DNA from: Rhodosorus marinus CCMP1338
Taxonomy: Eukaryota > Plantae > Rhodophyta
DNA length: 64,000 nt
Direction of reading: 5' to 3'
Assembly (NCBI GenBank): GCA_029953675.1
Contig: JAMWBK010000002.1
Coordinates: 1,488,001 to 1,552,000 of the forward strand
In this document: one piece after another, positions 15,331 to 27,900 of the stretch
Layout: each line of letters opens with the position of its first letter
How positions within the stretch are numbered: the first letter of the stretch is position 1
Notes under the pieces: generated by a model
Told to the model about the DNA's origin: nothing
The model's database searches: none
What the model saw: the letters and a program-made list of their open reading frames with translations, nothing else
Translations under genes and position numbers: made by a program

Positions 15331-18300
15331 GAAGGGACCCTCCGAACGGGAAACATTTCTCCACTCTCGAATTTCCACAAGTGCGCATGTATGAAATGAA
15401 GACAGCACCTGAATTCAAACTCGGAAAGTCGCCAGGGAGGACATGTCTTCCTGCTTACAGTTATTCACAAGACGGATCTGTCTACTTCACCAAAGTCAAA
15501 AAAGCGAAAGAAAAAACACCCAAACAGGGTCTTCAGGAAGGTTCTTGTGCCCAACCTCAAGCATTAATATGGAGGGTTGCAGTAAGGATATCAATTTTTT
15601 TTTAATCCTAGCGTTAGTACGCCTGTAGTCTATTAAGACATATTTCCTTATTTTCGGAATTATTGTTTTTGTGCGTCGTGGAGGTGGTCTACATACTTCC
15701 CTATTCATATTTTCGGAATTATTCTTCTTGTATTTAATCCAATTCAATTCAGCAAAGGCTGGTTCTACTAAAAACCTACCGATTTAGTCCAGAATCCGTA
15801 GATTCCGCTTTTCCTTTGTTTTGAGAGTATTTTTGCGTGTTTCACATTGACTATAGAGCATATTAAAAATACTCTCAACACAAAGGAAAAGCGAGTACGT
15901 GTGCGGTTCTGGACGAAACGCCATCTAGGCTTCCCCGAACAATGGCCTGTCGGGCATTATATTCCCAGATCGCGCTCTGCGACTGGATCAGCAAAGCGAA
16001 TTGATTCATCATACTCTGTTAGATACTGTATTCGGTGCTAGGCTATTGGCCCTTTTACGCGAATTTTGGCGTGAAAGGGCCAATAAGCAGTGTTGATCCC
16101 AAAACTTAGACTATTTATTTTATTATTATTATTATTCCGAAAGTCTTCTTCAAAAGTACTCTGAACGCTTTGAGTGAAGGAAGGAATTCTTGGAGGACTG
16201 ATTAAGTGAGGAGGTTCAGCCCCGACGCCGTGTCAGCTCGGATCGCGATTCTCTTTTGCCACCTGAAAAGGAATCATACGAGAGGTAATGTGCTGGGAGC
16301 ACTATCAAACAGGATCCTAGCGAAGGATACCATTCTATGCGTCAGTTGAGCGTCGATGGGTGATTCGTACTTTCATCGACTACCCCCGCTGCCAGCTCAT
16401 CCACCGGCAAGAAGCTCACCCTCATCCTCGTGAAGTTAGCGTTGGTTCATTGGTTCGGAAGAAGCCTTATTATCTTGTCTGCATTCAGTAGATTGACACG
16501 TATGAATACGTAGAAAACCTCGAACTCTCCTTTGTTACAGAGACTATAGAACCTAGCCCCACTATCTCAATCTCTGAATCAGGGCAGACATCTTTCACGA
16601 TTTCAATGGGCTGTTCAAGTAGATCTTGCAGGAGATCATCGTTGCCCCATACACATCTAGTTGTGTACCCATGTACCCATCGTTGGTCTGTCTGTACAAG
16701 AGCTTTCTTAGACTTTCATGGCCCAGCGTATTCCACAGCTAGGACGAACGCGTTGGACGAGACACTTTGGTTCTGAATCCGCGGGAGAGTTTTCTGAGGT
16801 AGTACAATGACAACCTCGAGCGAGTTTGGAAGCATTTTGTTGAGGTTTGCCGTAGTTGTGATTGATCGTAGGCTTCGTTCAGCCTGACTCTGTAGCGCTG
16901 TAACGCTGCCTTAGTCAACTCAGCGTTCTTAAGGAACCGCTCCCTTTCGTCCCTGCGGTTTCTCCCACAGTTGATCAATTTCGGGTTCGACACTCTTCCT
17001 GCTCATATTGTGGGACAATTTGAACATGAAACTGGCAGAAGGAGGTGACACAGGTCCGGTCTCAACACAAGGGATGTTCCGAGATTGTACTTTTCACGTG
17101 CGTTTGCATCCTATCAACCCTAGAATGTGCATTCTCCGAACGCCCCTTCGTTGAGACTAGATCTCGATCACAACATCGAACACAAACAAAGAACATTGAT
17201 TGACTCTAAGCGAGCAGCGCGATATTGACTACTCGTGTTGCAATCCTCGCAAGTCTTGCAGATTCGGCCCTTCACAAGGACCTTCAATTCCATCCCCGAA
17301 TCGAGCAATTGTTGACCGAATGAGAACCCGTCTTGAGGTAGCAAAACAGCAGTTTTTGTTCGGGTCCGACCCTCGATTCCAGCCGCATAACACGGGTATA
17401 CAGTTTCAGAATAACACTCATTTCTTGATAGAAAAGTAGCCTTTTTTTGCCAAATAGGTTTTTGCTTTTTCCTAAATATCGCGATTCCACATGGAATGGG
17501 AGGTATTTATCTTCGGCACAAAACACGCGATAAGTTAATTGAAATCGTGTCACCAGAGCGGTCTTGCTTTTCTTAGGGACAAACAGCCTATTATTTGCTT
17601 CCTGGTCGACGCTGGGAGAAATTTTATCCTATTCTACGCCTTTTTAATTGCAATCTATCCGCAGAGATATTGAGTCCCCAATACATACTATCGAAATTGA
17701 CATTAAGTGATTGGAAGATTAAATTTATTCTGAAATATTACACAGTGATGATAATCTTGTAAAAGAAAAATAGTATATGATTGTATTTTTAGCATATTCA
17801 TCATCTTTTTGATGTATAGGAATATAATACCGAATCTTTTTTCCATACTGGTTTGGTAATAGAATTGGGTTTTTGTACTCTTTGTGTCTCCTTTAAAATT
17901 TTCTGGAGCAAGTGAAAAAAGTCTGTTAGAAAGTCGTTACCTTATATTGTGCATAAGGGAGCCCTTTTTTGTTTGTGGGAAGACAGGTGTTCAATATGGT
18001 ATTTTATACTGTTTGAGTGTCCATAAGCCTGACGATGGGAATGCATGTTGAATATTGCTAAAGGGTCTGACTGTTGGCTGAACATCTTGTCTTCTATCTA
18101 TCTTGTTGCTTGCAATGCGCTTGTGTATTAGTCGTGCTCCGAGCTAGGGAGTCCAGGATATTCAAGGGTCCGGGTTGTTGGGAAGTGTAACGACTTCGGT
18201 TAGGCAAACGTAGTGTTGCAAACGAACTAGAAAGCTTCTCTGATTTCTCACGGGGTGCTGAGGCTTTGATTTTGAGCTTGTGCGTGAGATAGAGAGAAAA

Positions 18301-18729
18301 ACCACAACCGGATTCAAGTTCGTCATGATCCCGGTATTGAAATTATCTACTACGTGGTCCCTTAGTTTCGAACAGCAGGGCGTGAGTTTGGCGCAACATC
18401 GTCGTTTTACTAGTACAAATATATCTGCTGCGCGCGCCTTGAACAGAAACAGGAGAGCTCATGCAGTTGATCGAGAACGTAGGAACTGTTGAAAGTGGAA
18501 ACCACCATCTTTGAACACAGCCGTGGGCACTAGGGCGGAGACCATACTCGGTCCGAATAATCATCATATTTACACTCCTTACAAGTCTATTCCGAGCTTA
18601 GATCGCCCAGTCCAATTTTCTCGAATTGCCTGACGACTTGTCGTTTCCGTATCCCATCTGCTTTCATGTGGAACACAGCAATTGGACCAAAAGCCCAAAC
18701 AACGAGGGAATTGTTCTCGGAAAGAGCTC

Positions 18730-18999
18730 TCAAAGAAGTTTCCTACATATAGGGCAAGTTGGAGAGAGCTCCACCCACTCTGACATACATTCTTGGTGAT
18801 ACATGTGGCCGCAGTCCGTTTTCAACCCCCGATCTCCATCATGCAAACAAATCGAACATGTGAAACTCATTCCATGAACATTGTTTAGAAAGGTCTCCTT
18901 CCGCTTCAGTAGCTCAGCCCCTTCTTTCCTTTGCTTGGCCTTCCGCAAAACCCAGGGAAGCACCTCGTACACGACAATAAAAATCGTGACTCCAAGCAT
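18730..18999 (-). CDS. TM + RING-H2 E3 ubiquitin ligase, copy 3; intronless, 89 aa
   Basis: MLGVTIFIVVYEVLPWVL (TM), RKAKQRK, then CSICLHD...CGHMYHQECMSEW...CPICR. Confidence 0.85.
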   Translation of the reverse strand: MLGVTIFIVVYEVLPWVLRKAKQRKEGAELLKRKETFLNNVHGMSFTCSICLHDGDRGLKTDCGHMYHQECMSEWVELSPTCPICRKLL

Positions 19000-20691
19000 C
19001 TCTCATCTGGATCGCGACGAGCAAGAGCGGAATTCTCTCAGTCTTCCCCACAAGAACCTGGAATAAATCAGGTTTCCAAATAGCTAGCCTTGTATAAACA
19101 TATCACAGGAAGAAAACCATCCAAAAAACAACTCTCAGCTACCTTTCACCTCCAAGACTCCTTGCTTCAACCCCCCAACACCATTGCTCCGCCCCATCTT
19201 GCACCATCTTCTCCAACTGAAAATGGGATGAAATGTCATTTCAAGCCGAACCCTCAAATTCCAAGAGAGAAAAGCAGAAAATCCATAAATTCCCAGAAAA
19301 CAGAAAAGAACTTGCAATCCGAACACATACACCTCCAAAAGCATTAATCCTCCAAAAGGAGTCTGGAAACCACACTTTCGATTTCTATGGCGGACAAGAG
19401 ACATTAGCCCCTTTCACATATTACCTCGGCCTAAGTGTCACCTCTATTGTGGTTCAATCCATAGATTAGAATATTGTTGAATATTATCGATGATTCAATC
19501 ATTTAAGCATGTAATTGATTTATTATGGATAACGAGGGCAGGCATCGCCCGTATTTAACCGTGTAATTATTTAGTTTTACAAAGAATGGGAATATTGCAT
19601 AGTAGTAGATAGTACATTATCGTTATTACTTGTATGTTGTGTTTCTACGTCCCGACTGTTGGAATTCTGCTCCAAAAGCGTGAACACAATTAGTATTTCA
19701 GTAGGTTTTAGTATTGTAGGAATTGTAGTAGTTTCTTGGGTTGGACTGGTGTCGACGATGCGATTGGTGTAGGAGGTTCTCACAATTTGATTGACACGTT
19801 CCCATATGCCCCCCAGGATGTTGACTCAATTATTCCAGAATTCAAGGTTTGTTTCCCTCTTAATTACCCCTAATTAGGCAATATATCCCAAATCCAATTT
19901 CCCTTTTCTGCGGGTTCTCCTCCGTGAGATTTCATCGGATTTATACCCTTAGTCCATCGGAATATGCAATACAGCCTCAAGTCCCGAATATGTGTTGGTT
20001 GCACCTCCAGAGATTCTGGCATAGCCCGAGCATAATTTGGCTCAGCGGACATTGCTGGAAGACTGAGACGTCACACAGATCTCGACGAGGACTGTAGTTT
20101 TCCCGTTATGGCGGGTTGACCGGTTTGGTTGATGTAGAGGATGGTGCTGATGTGGGAGGCAAGGAAGTGAGAGATGACGTGTGGGGGAAGGGGGAGTCCC
20201 CTTGATGTTGGAGGCGCGTGAACTTCGCCCTCAGGAGTGTCTCTTTTTCCGTCGTTTCTTTTTTCAGCTCCGAATAAACACGTTTGTTCAGGATTCATCC
20301 CCAGTGGGAATCGAAGGCTGTTGAGGATTCATACTCAGATGAAATCGGAGGCAACCTAATTGAGCAGCTGGTGCCAAACCCCGGGGTCGACCGGTCCTCA
20401 GCGGGAAGCGAACGCATTGGAATTGAACACAGAACGCTCATCTAGAGTTTTGAGACCTGATGTAGGATCATCAGAGGTAGCAAGTATTCCTGTTTGACTT
20501 CAATAGGTAGATTAGTTTGGAACCGTATCCGATACTGCTGATGCTATTTTTGGATGCGTTTCTAGATGGGACACGGAAGGGTGCGGAATTGATGCTTAGA
20601 TTTAGGCTTAGGGGTTGAGGACTACTTACCGGTCCTTAAAAGTCAGAGTTGAACTTACGTAGTGGAAACGTAGCTGGAAATAGAAGAGCGG

Positions 20692-21810
20692 GTGGCCCTG
20701 ATAAGCGGGGAAAAGAGCTACGAGACGGCAGGGTTTTTTTGGGTTTTTTTTGGCCTATCGGCGAATCACTGGTATTTTTGCTTGAACGTGATATCTACTG
20801 ACGGGCCTACGGGGCGGTGGGAGACTGAACCCTCCCTGCCGTTTAAGGACAGCTCGACGGCGAGTACGGACGTATTCGATATGGCGTAGGAGCTCTCAAC
20901 GAGTCAGCACGTGATCCCGAGTTGCTTGGGGTCTCTCAAGCCAGAAAGCTATATCGCGGTGAGCTGGAGAAAGTTCTGGTGCGCTTCCCGGGGGATGGTC
21001 GTTTACTGCTTCTTCGCACTACTTGGAGGAGGATGGTGCAGGACTTCCCTGTGTGGGCGCTGGACGAACTGAGAATCCTCTCCGTAGGTTTGACTGCCGG
21101 AGCGTTGACTGTTTACAACGAGGTGGCTATGCGATACCCATATGACACGGCAGATACGCTGTAGGAACACCTGGGGGAGCATCTATTCAACGATGCTCAT
21201 GTGGACCGAAAACGGGACTTGCTCGAGCAATCCAGCTGGAACGAGAAGAAAGAATTGATCAAACTTTTAGCAGAACGGCTACTACAGCTATCTCACACTC
21301 TACGGGAAGAAGTGTCAGAGGAGGCTCTGATCTACAGGTTCTTCCAGGTTTGCCGAAAGAGTTCCATCCGCACTCGGCTGACTGGAGTGGGACGTTCAAC
21401 GGAGCATCCGAGGGGACACTGCTAGCGAAACCGCTTCTGAAGCTGGAAGAGGATTCACCCGGTAGGTGAGCGAAATGCCCACGATCGTGTACCTGGGAAA
21501 GGATACCCGAGCTTTAGACCTCAAGGTGTTTTACCTGCCACCAGGCGGGACTTGTCACGGTTGAGTGGCCCCCCCAAAAATGGAATTGGCGGGGTCGGTG
21601 ATGGATTCCGTCGACAAGAAGCAGCAGGTTATGAGACTGCGGATTGCGGTGGAAGTGGAAGGCAAAGGAGCCTTGACTGCCATGGTGGACACCGGAGCAT
21701 CCTCAAACTGGATAGATTTTCTGTACTCCGGAAATCTGGGCGTTGGTTGGCACATACCAAGGTCCAGGTCGCAAAGCTTTGTTGGAAGCTTGTGCGACGT
21801 GACTAGGTTT
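20692..21810 (+). mobile_element. Decayed Ty3/Gypsy gag-protease
   Basis: Stop-interrupted gag-like frame (20922-21425), then LTAMVDTGASSNWID with the retropepsin D-T-G motif at about 21688. Confidence 0.65.
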
Positions 21811-21820
21811 ACCGATGCAT

Positions 21821-21838
21821 ACACACACACACACACAC
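21821..21838. repeat. (AC)9 microsatellite
   Basis: Read directly; it lies where the protease-like frame loses its coding character. Confidence 0.95.
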
Positions 21839-22200
21839 TTCAAAACTGCAGCGTCAAGCGGGAGGTCAAGCTCCAAAGTCGGGGTTTGGCAGTCGCCGTC
21901 GATTCTAGTTCATTTTTGATCTCAGGCCCGACTGCTGGCCTTTGGTGGTTTAGTGATGTACTATACTTACTACCACGGTACTAGTGTTTCTCCGGGGTCA
22001 ATCCCCCTCATGGCGAGCATGCCTCAACATCGAATAAAATAAAAAATCTCCACGGCCTTTCATGGCCATATAGAAAAACTATAATTCAAGTCAAGGCGGC
22101 TGAGCATCTGCGAGTGAAAACTTTCCAAGGACACTTTTTTTGCTGAGCTTTTTGCACTTGGTTTCAATATCTATTTTTCCGACCAAGCCGGAGACTCCAT

Positions 22201-22311
22201 CCCAAAGTGACGCGTCCAGCAGAGACCCCACCCCAAAGTGACGCGTCCAGCAAGAGACCCCACCCCAAAGTGACGCGTCCACATAGACTCCACCCCAAAG
22301 TGACGCGTCCA
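22201..22311. repeat. 4-copy tandem repeat, 30-32 bp period
   Basis: Invariant core CCCAAAGTGACGCGTCCA at 22201, 22232, 22264 and 22294, with related linkers (..AGAC[CT]CCAC). Confidence 0.95.
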
Positions 22312-23589
22312 GCGGCGTGCCCCCAACTTGATCGTTACGTAACCCATAAAAAAAAGTATTCAAAAGGTACATAAATATTTTAAATATTAAAAATTATATA
22401 AAGAAATATTTAGATTTTATCCATAAAAGTATAAAATTCCACGAGGGTACCTGTTAGGACTCTAGTGGTAAGCCTAACAGGGCCCCACCAAGAATTGGAC
22501 TCCCAGCACCAAACCAACCCTACCCCCGTTTTGTGACGCCAATCTATATTTACTACAATAATCCTCACGCGATATAGTACAAATCTAAAGGGGGTGTTGA
22601 TGTTCCAAAAAACCACAACAATCGAGCCAGCTGACGGGAGGAACGGACAGGCTGACAGTTATAGAAGCTGAATTGAATTTGTTTAAGCTACTGGTATTTC
22701 AGTAGATTTTAGTAGTTTCTTGGATTTACAGCTGTCCGAGTACACTCCCATTGATAGATGTAGACGAAGACGTTTATGGTTCCTTAGAGTCCTTGGGGAA
22801 GTAGTGGTGGAAGAAAAGGAGAGATATGGCATATAGATGAAATAGATTTCGTCATGCCAAGGTGTTAGGTACGAGAATTGAAGGGTTGACAAGGTGGCGA
22901 GTGGATATCAGCGGGTACCCTTGGGACTCGAATACACCGACTGCGGTATTCGCCAGTGCTAGCAATAGGGGTCGGATCGGGTGATTCCTCGGCTCCCCTA
23001 AGGACCTATTGGAGAAAGCATCGTAGGTACGCTTCTTTTCTGTGCCCTCGTCAGCAGCCTAGACTCTAGTTCCAAATAGTGGTTGACAAAGTACTGGAAT
23101 TGACTTTCACTGGAGGTTCTTCGGCAAATTATCGTCCAGAAGTATTTCCAGAAAGGACACCTTCCATGGGACAGAATATCTTGGCGAGGTCACTGACGAG
23201 CTGAGTGGACTTTCGTAGCCACCAGCCACAGCCAGTGGTGTTGAAAAGGTGGATAACGAGTACCAAAGAAAATCATATGGGCGCAGGCGTAAAAGCCGTG
23301 CAACAAACAGGTTTCGCAGCTAAAAATAGTATACAAGAAAATCCTTATGATCGCTGGTATAACCGTGCAACCAACACGTTTCCTAGATTTCGGAGCTTCT
23401 TTGTGATTGGCAGACACTATGCAGCAATTTCCCTGCTGTAAATTGCTTTGGAGGCTGAGCTCAGAAGGAATTGTGTTTCCAACAACGCGGACAATCAATT
23501 GGTAAAATAGCCAGTGGTAACTCCGTCCTTTGAAGCACCAGAGGACAGACTTTGTTTCAAAAAGGTATTCAATTGTTCACTTAGTTTCA

Positions 23590-23930
23590 GCTCGTGCGTA
23601 TCGGTGCGCTCTAAGACCACTCCATGACACGGAATAGCAGGGCTCACTAGGATCAGCCGGTAACAGACCGTGTTTCGAAAAAGTTTTTAATCGTCCAGTT
23701 AGTTCCAGTTCGTGCGTATCTTGTGCGCGCTACCACGCCTCGCGCAATGGCAAGGCTTCACTAGGATCAGCAGCTGAGAGACTGTGCTTCGAAAACGTTT
23801 CTAATCGTCCAGTTTGTTCCAGGTATTCCGTCTAATGGGGCGCTCTTCCGCGCCTCGCGCAATGGCTTGGCCTCGCTAGAATCAGCAGGCGCGATACTGC
23901 GCTTCGAAAAGTTTTTAACGTGCAGGTAGA
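23590..23930. repeat. About 3 imperfect tandem copies of a 114-115 bp unit (decayed 38-aa protein repeat on the minus strand)
   Basis: CTAG[GA]ATCAG at 23647, 23761 and 23876, each followed by [TC]TTCGAAAA...TAA. Minus strand reads TGRLETFSKHSLSAADPSEALPLREAW*RAQDTHELEL / TGRLKTFSKHGLLPADPSE. Confidence 0.85.
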
Positions 23931-24399
23931 TCCAGCATCAAAGCAAAGTTCGTACGCCACAGCAGGAATCTCAAACGAGTATACAGCGAGGAGAACAACC
24001 CGTCGGGGCGCCCACTGAACACTTCGTGGAGTCAACGGAAAACAACTGAATCCATGAAACGTCAGTTTGTTGGGAACGACAGACTGTGGCGCTAAAGAAC
24101 GCTAAAACAAGTAGAGAAGGTAAGGAGCACCCTCAACGGGTGTTAGTAAACTAGACCTTAAGTGAAAATAAAAAAAGAAATGCGTACAGACGAATCGCGT
24201 GCCATCGCTTTAGACCGCCAACTGTACATTCCCATGCCAGAGCTTGCGATCGATTCCTGACCTCACGACCCTAAGCCTACCGTTGATTCTTGGCACTCGG
24301 CTACTCGCACAACCAGAAGAACTAGACGAAACCAAGGGTACCAGATGATGGGCCCGTACTTTATTTGCAACCACAGACTGTAGCGCGAAGACGCAAAAG

Positions 24400-24660
24400 A
24401 CCAGAAGAGTGCGGTGTGAGGGGCCCCCTCAACGGGGTAGCAATCTCGATTCCAAGCGTAGAATGGGCCAAAGCCGAACCCTGGATCGTCACAGCTGTAC
24501 GACGCTGTTCTTATGGATAACGGTAGATGGAGCTCGGCGTTCCAGGTCAATTTCGGTCGCATCCCAACACCTTAGCGATACATTTTGTTCATGGGATATG
24601 TAGCTCACCGCTCCTAGTTCGTTCAGCCTTCGCTATGGGGGAGGAGCATAGGAGCACTCT
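24400..24660 (-). mobile_element. Decayed Ty3/Gypsy integrase core relic
   Basis: LPHSEG*TN*ER*...MYR*GVG...WNAELHLPLSIRT...GFGPFYAWNRDCYP parallels HPQxxGxxERxN...LR...WxxxLP...AYRT...GFSPF. Confidence 0.45.
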
Positions 24661-24819
24661 ATCACTGTCACGTGCAAGTCGAAAGTTAGTGAATTTATTA
24701 AAGCATTTTCTATACAACCCTTGAATACAAATCATCCGCTATGTCCAAGTTCCCCAAGTTGCCACGTTTCTAGATACTCTGGAGGCATTCCATGCTATTC
24801 TACCTCTTCAGCATCAAGT

Positions 24820-25338
24820 TCATTCACGCGAAAATTTCTGCAGCGGTCCTAAATCTCGGCGGTGAATGTTGTTCCAATGGAGCCCAAGATGCGATTTCCT
24901 CGCGAAACTTTTGACGCATGCAGAGCATTTGAACGGTTTGAGCTGCAGGTGAGTTGCCTTATGATGCCTCGTCATCTCGTACTTTCGAAAGAATTGTTTC
25001 ATGCACACGGGACATGTCGCGCCTTTATAAGCCCGCTTGCCCTTGGCGCTATCATCTAGCAACGCTTTGGTCACCAATTCGAGCTCAAGCATTTGATTGA
25101 AATCATTCTGTTCCTTCTCACGAGCAGTCGGAGTGGCTCCCAGCGAGCTATAGAGGTGGATATCGAGGTCACTCCAGTTATTAACAGCCGTCCTTGGGGC
25201 TTGTCGTCCGTCTGCGGTCGGGTGCATGGGTGAGCCCAGGTCCAGCATCATCATTCCAACGTCGACTAGCGTATCCGGATTCGCAGAGGCGGTCGATTGC
25301 CCCAGCCCAAAATTCAAAACGTCTTTGTAAAACTCCAT
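24820..25338 (-). CDS. C2H2 zinc-finger transcription factor with two fingers, 172 aa, intronless
   Basis: CPVCMKQFFRKYEMTRHHKATH, linker LQLKPFK, then CSACVKSFARKSHLGLHWNNIH. True ATG at 25338. Confidence 0.9.
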   Translation of the reverse strand: MEFYKDVLNFGLGQSTASANPDTLVDVGMMMLDLGSPMHPTADGRQAPRTAVNNWSDLDIHLYSSLGATPTAREKEQNDFNQMLELELVTKALLDDSAKGKRAYKGATCPVCMKQFFRKYEMTRHHKATHLQLKPFKCSACVKSFARKSHLGLHWNNIHRRDLGPLQKFSRE

Positions 25339-26266
25339 TCTTCAAACTCCCTAGCGCAACCCTGTATATGTTCCTTCTTCTCCTCCCTTTACCCTCATCC
25401 TTCTCTCCAGAACTCCTATCACCGTCCCGCAGACCCTGAAGATTGCCTCCCTTATATCGTATTTCACTTCCCTCAATGAGGAGCGCGCTCTGCCTCAACA
25501 ATCCAACTTCCTGATTGATCCCTTTCTATAAAGGGAAGAAGATAATCAGCTTCACCAAAAACGAAGCAAAAACAAAAAGGAAAACAGATCTAAGACAAAC
25601 CTGAAAAATGCTTCTAAAAACCACGCTTCATAAAAAAAAAGGGAACCTCTGTCAACAGTCCAATTTCTTCAGCAAGACTAATTTCTCCATCGTACATAAA
25701 ATCCCTTTAGTTCTACGGGGAAGCTCACCTAGAATTTCCCATCATATTCATATTTGAGAAAAAATTAGATTCGGAACCCGGTGAAGAGGCAGAGCGAAGG
25801 GGGGGAGGGTTGAAGGCGGGTGCAGAAAATCCACCTTACCGCGCTGCTGGACACGCCAGCAAGCGGGCAAATCACCCCGGTTTTCTTTTTCATTTCTAAT
25901 CAATATTTTTACCAGACGTTTCATCGGCTTTGCTATGCTCCATTGTTTTTATTAACGGGAAAGCTATTTTAGAGGGAGAGCGGACGAATCTTATATCGAA
26001 CGAATTTACTTAGTCCTATAGAGCGCACATCATTTAGTATCATCGAATATTCTATGATTTTTTAAAAAGGAGATCGCTGGGGGGGGTGTGGTGTAAGGCG
26101 TACCGGGTAACGCATTTTTTAAAGCGTTTGTTTTTGGAAGGATGGTAAATGTAAATGAGGTTGAGTGTTCGAGGGGGCGGCGCGGATATGTGAAAGAAAA
26201 AAATTAAGCTGAGCTGTTTGCTATTAAAAAACTCTATGGTGAGGGTGATGATGCAAAAAGCCAACC

Positions 26267-26326
26267 CACCACCAGTTGAAACACCACCAGTTGAAACACC
26301 ACCAGTTGAAACACCACCCGTTGGAC
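26267..26326. repeat. 15-bp tandem repeat, 3 perfect copies + 1 diverged
   Basis: CACCACCAGTTGAAA x3, then CACCACCCGTTGGAC, in AT-rich non-coding context. Confidence 0.95.
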
Positions 26327-27329
26327 ACAGCTGGGTAAAAAGGAAAACATCCCACCCCCGACATTCTTTTTTATTTCTAATCGATATTTTTATCACGAAT
26401 AGGGAGTTTTTGGTTGAAAACTAAAGATACGGACAGAGGAAAAACGAAAAAAAAAGTATTTTGACGGGATTTACGGCGATGGTTTTATGGGCCGGGGTAG
26501 CGTTGTGAATTTTTTAAGAAACGTGCAGGGGAAAAAAGGAAATAGCTTTTGGTCGCCATTATGGATTTCGGATTACCTTTTTTTTTAATAGGTTCACAAC
26601 AAATTTATTAAAGTTTTAAACAAATTGAAGTCACCGATCTGTCCGCTCCATTTTTTCTTCATGCTTGAGCGGGTGGAGTGGCCCTGAAAGCTTAGGTTCC
26701 TGGTCGGTTTCGAGCTTTTCTATTATTAGTGATGTGGCACTTTGCGCTCAGCTTTTTTGCGGGATTTCTGAGGATGAATTTTTCTTCTTATTTGGTCATT
26801 TTGTGTTGTCAGGACAGGCAGAGCAGTTGTTGCCGATCCTGGTTTCTTTCTTGTACAACGAGAACGAAGTCAATCCATCCATAAGTTTTTTAGCATCCTC
26901 TCGTTTGTTGGCAGTGCTGGCCTCCCGCTTCTTTTGATTGGGATTTTCAATCTGGGGGTGGCAAGTGTGATAATGGACTTCATGTGCTGGCAGAATTGGC
27001 CTTTTCTCGCCTCCTCCGTATCTACGGTCTGCATAAACGTACCCTTTCCGTTCCGAATTTAGAACGCCGCGAGGTTTTTTTGTCTTCCCAACTGCTTATC
27101 CTCTACAGTACGCCATGTTTACTCTACCCACTTCGCTATCCAATGGTGAGGGGCTGATCCTGCAACTTCCTATAACACTCGACACTCACTCCCACTCGGG
27201 TGGAGCGCTAACCCCGAAGCTAACCCAGTACCACATCGATATGCGGAATCAAACTTGGAAATGACTCCTTAGCCAATGGCAGTGTCTGTAAACAGGTCCA
27301 CCCACAGTGCTTCGGTCCGGAAATATCTC

Positions 27330-27900
27330 AAGGGCATCTCCTATGTGATACCTCGATCTCTGGCATCGTAGTACTTCACGTTGCATGTCTCGATTTTTTT
27401 GCGTCGTCTGCGTCGTGCGTTTGATCCGGGAACTGCTGCTCTAAAACTGCTGCACGGTTTTTGGTACTTCACGCTGCCCCATATCCAGTCAATCTTGCTC
27501 TCACCTCCTGGGCCCCTTCTTGTAGGATAACTTTTCTTGGAAGCAGCCCGCGTATGCTTTTCGCCATCACGTCCTCGCTCCTCTAGGGATTTGCTCTAGC
27601 CAGCGTTCAAGCACCATCATGTCTAAATAAACAAAGGTCCCATCTCCTAAGCCCCTAGGGGTACTCGGCCTCCGCCCGGCGGAGCAGGAAGAAGTTGCTT
27701 CCAAGAGATTGCGATGATTGTGGCATCATTCAATCCAATGGTGACGCCCGTCGTACTTCCTTTCCATATCCGACGCCCCGCAATCGGAACCAGCAGATCC
27801 TGTTGTTCTGTACACCCCGGCTGGAACCGTCCGGTCCTCTCGGTGGATAGGCCCTGAATGCACTGATCATCAACTGCCCGTCCTAGATGTTGGCCCAGAT
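27330..27900 (-). mobile_element. Decayed Ty3/Gypsy reverse transcriptase relic
   Basis: In order on the minus strand: PIHREDRT (cf. EDRxKTAF), VTIGLNDAT (cf. MPFGLxNAP), TFVYLDMMVL (cf. VYLDDILI) and LSYKKG...*LDMG (cf. KC...YLGH). Confidence 0.55.

Noticed and set aside
19780-20300. Stop-interrupted minus frame with QTLNSGIIES, like the start of Gypsy RT
   Set aside because: Only a single short motif; not enough support.
22201-22311. CRISPR-like appearance of the 30-32 bp repeat array
   Set aside because: The linkers are only 12-14 nt and similar to each other, there are no cas genes, and the context is a eukaryotic nuclear genome.
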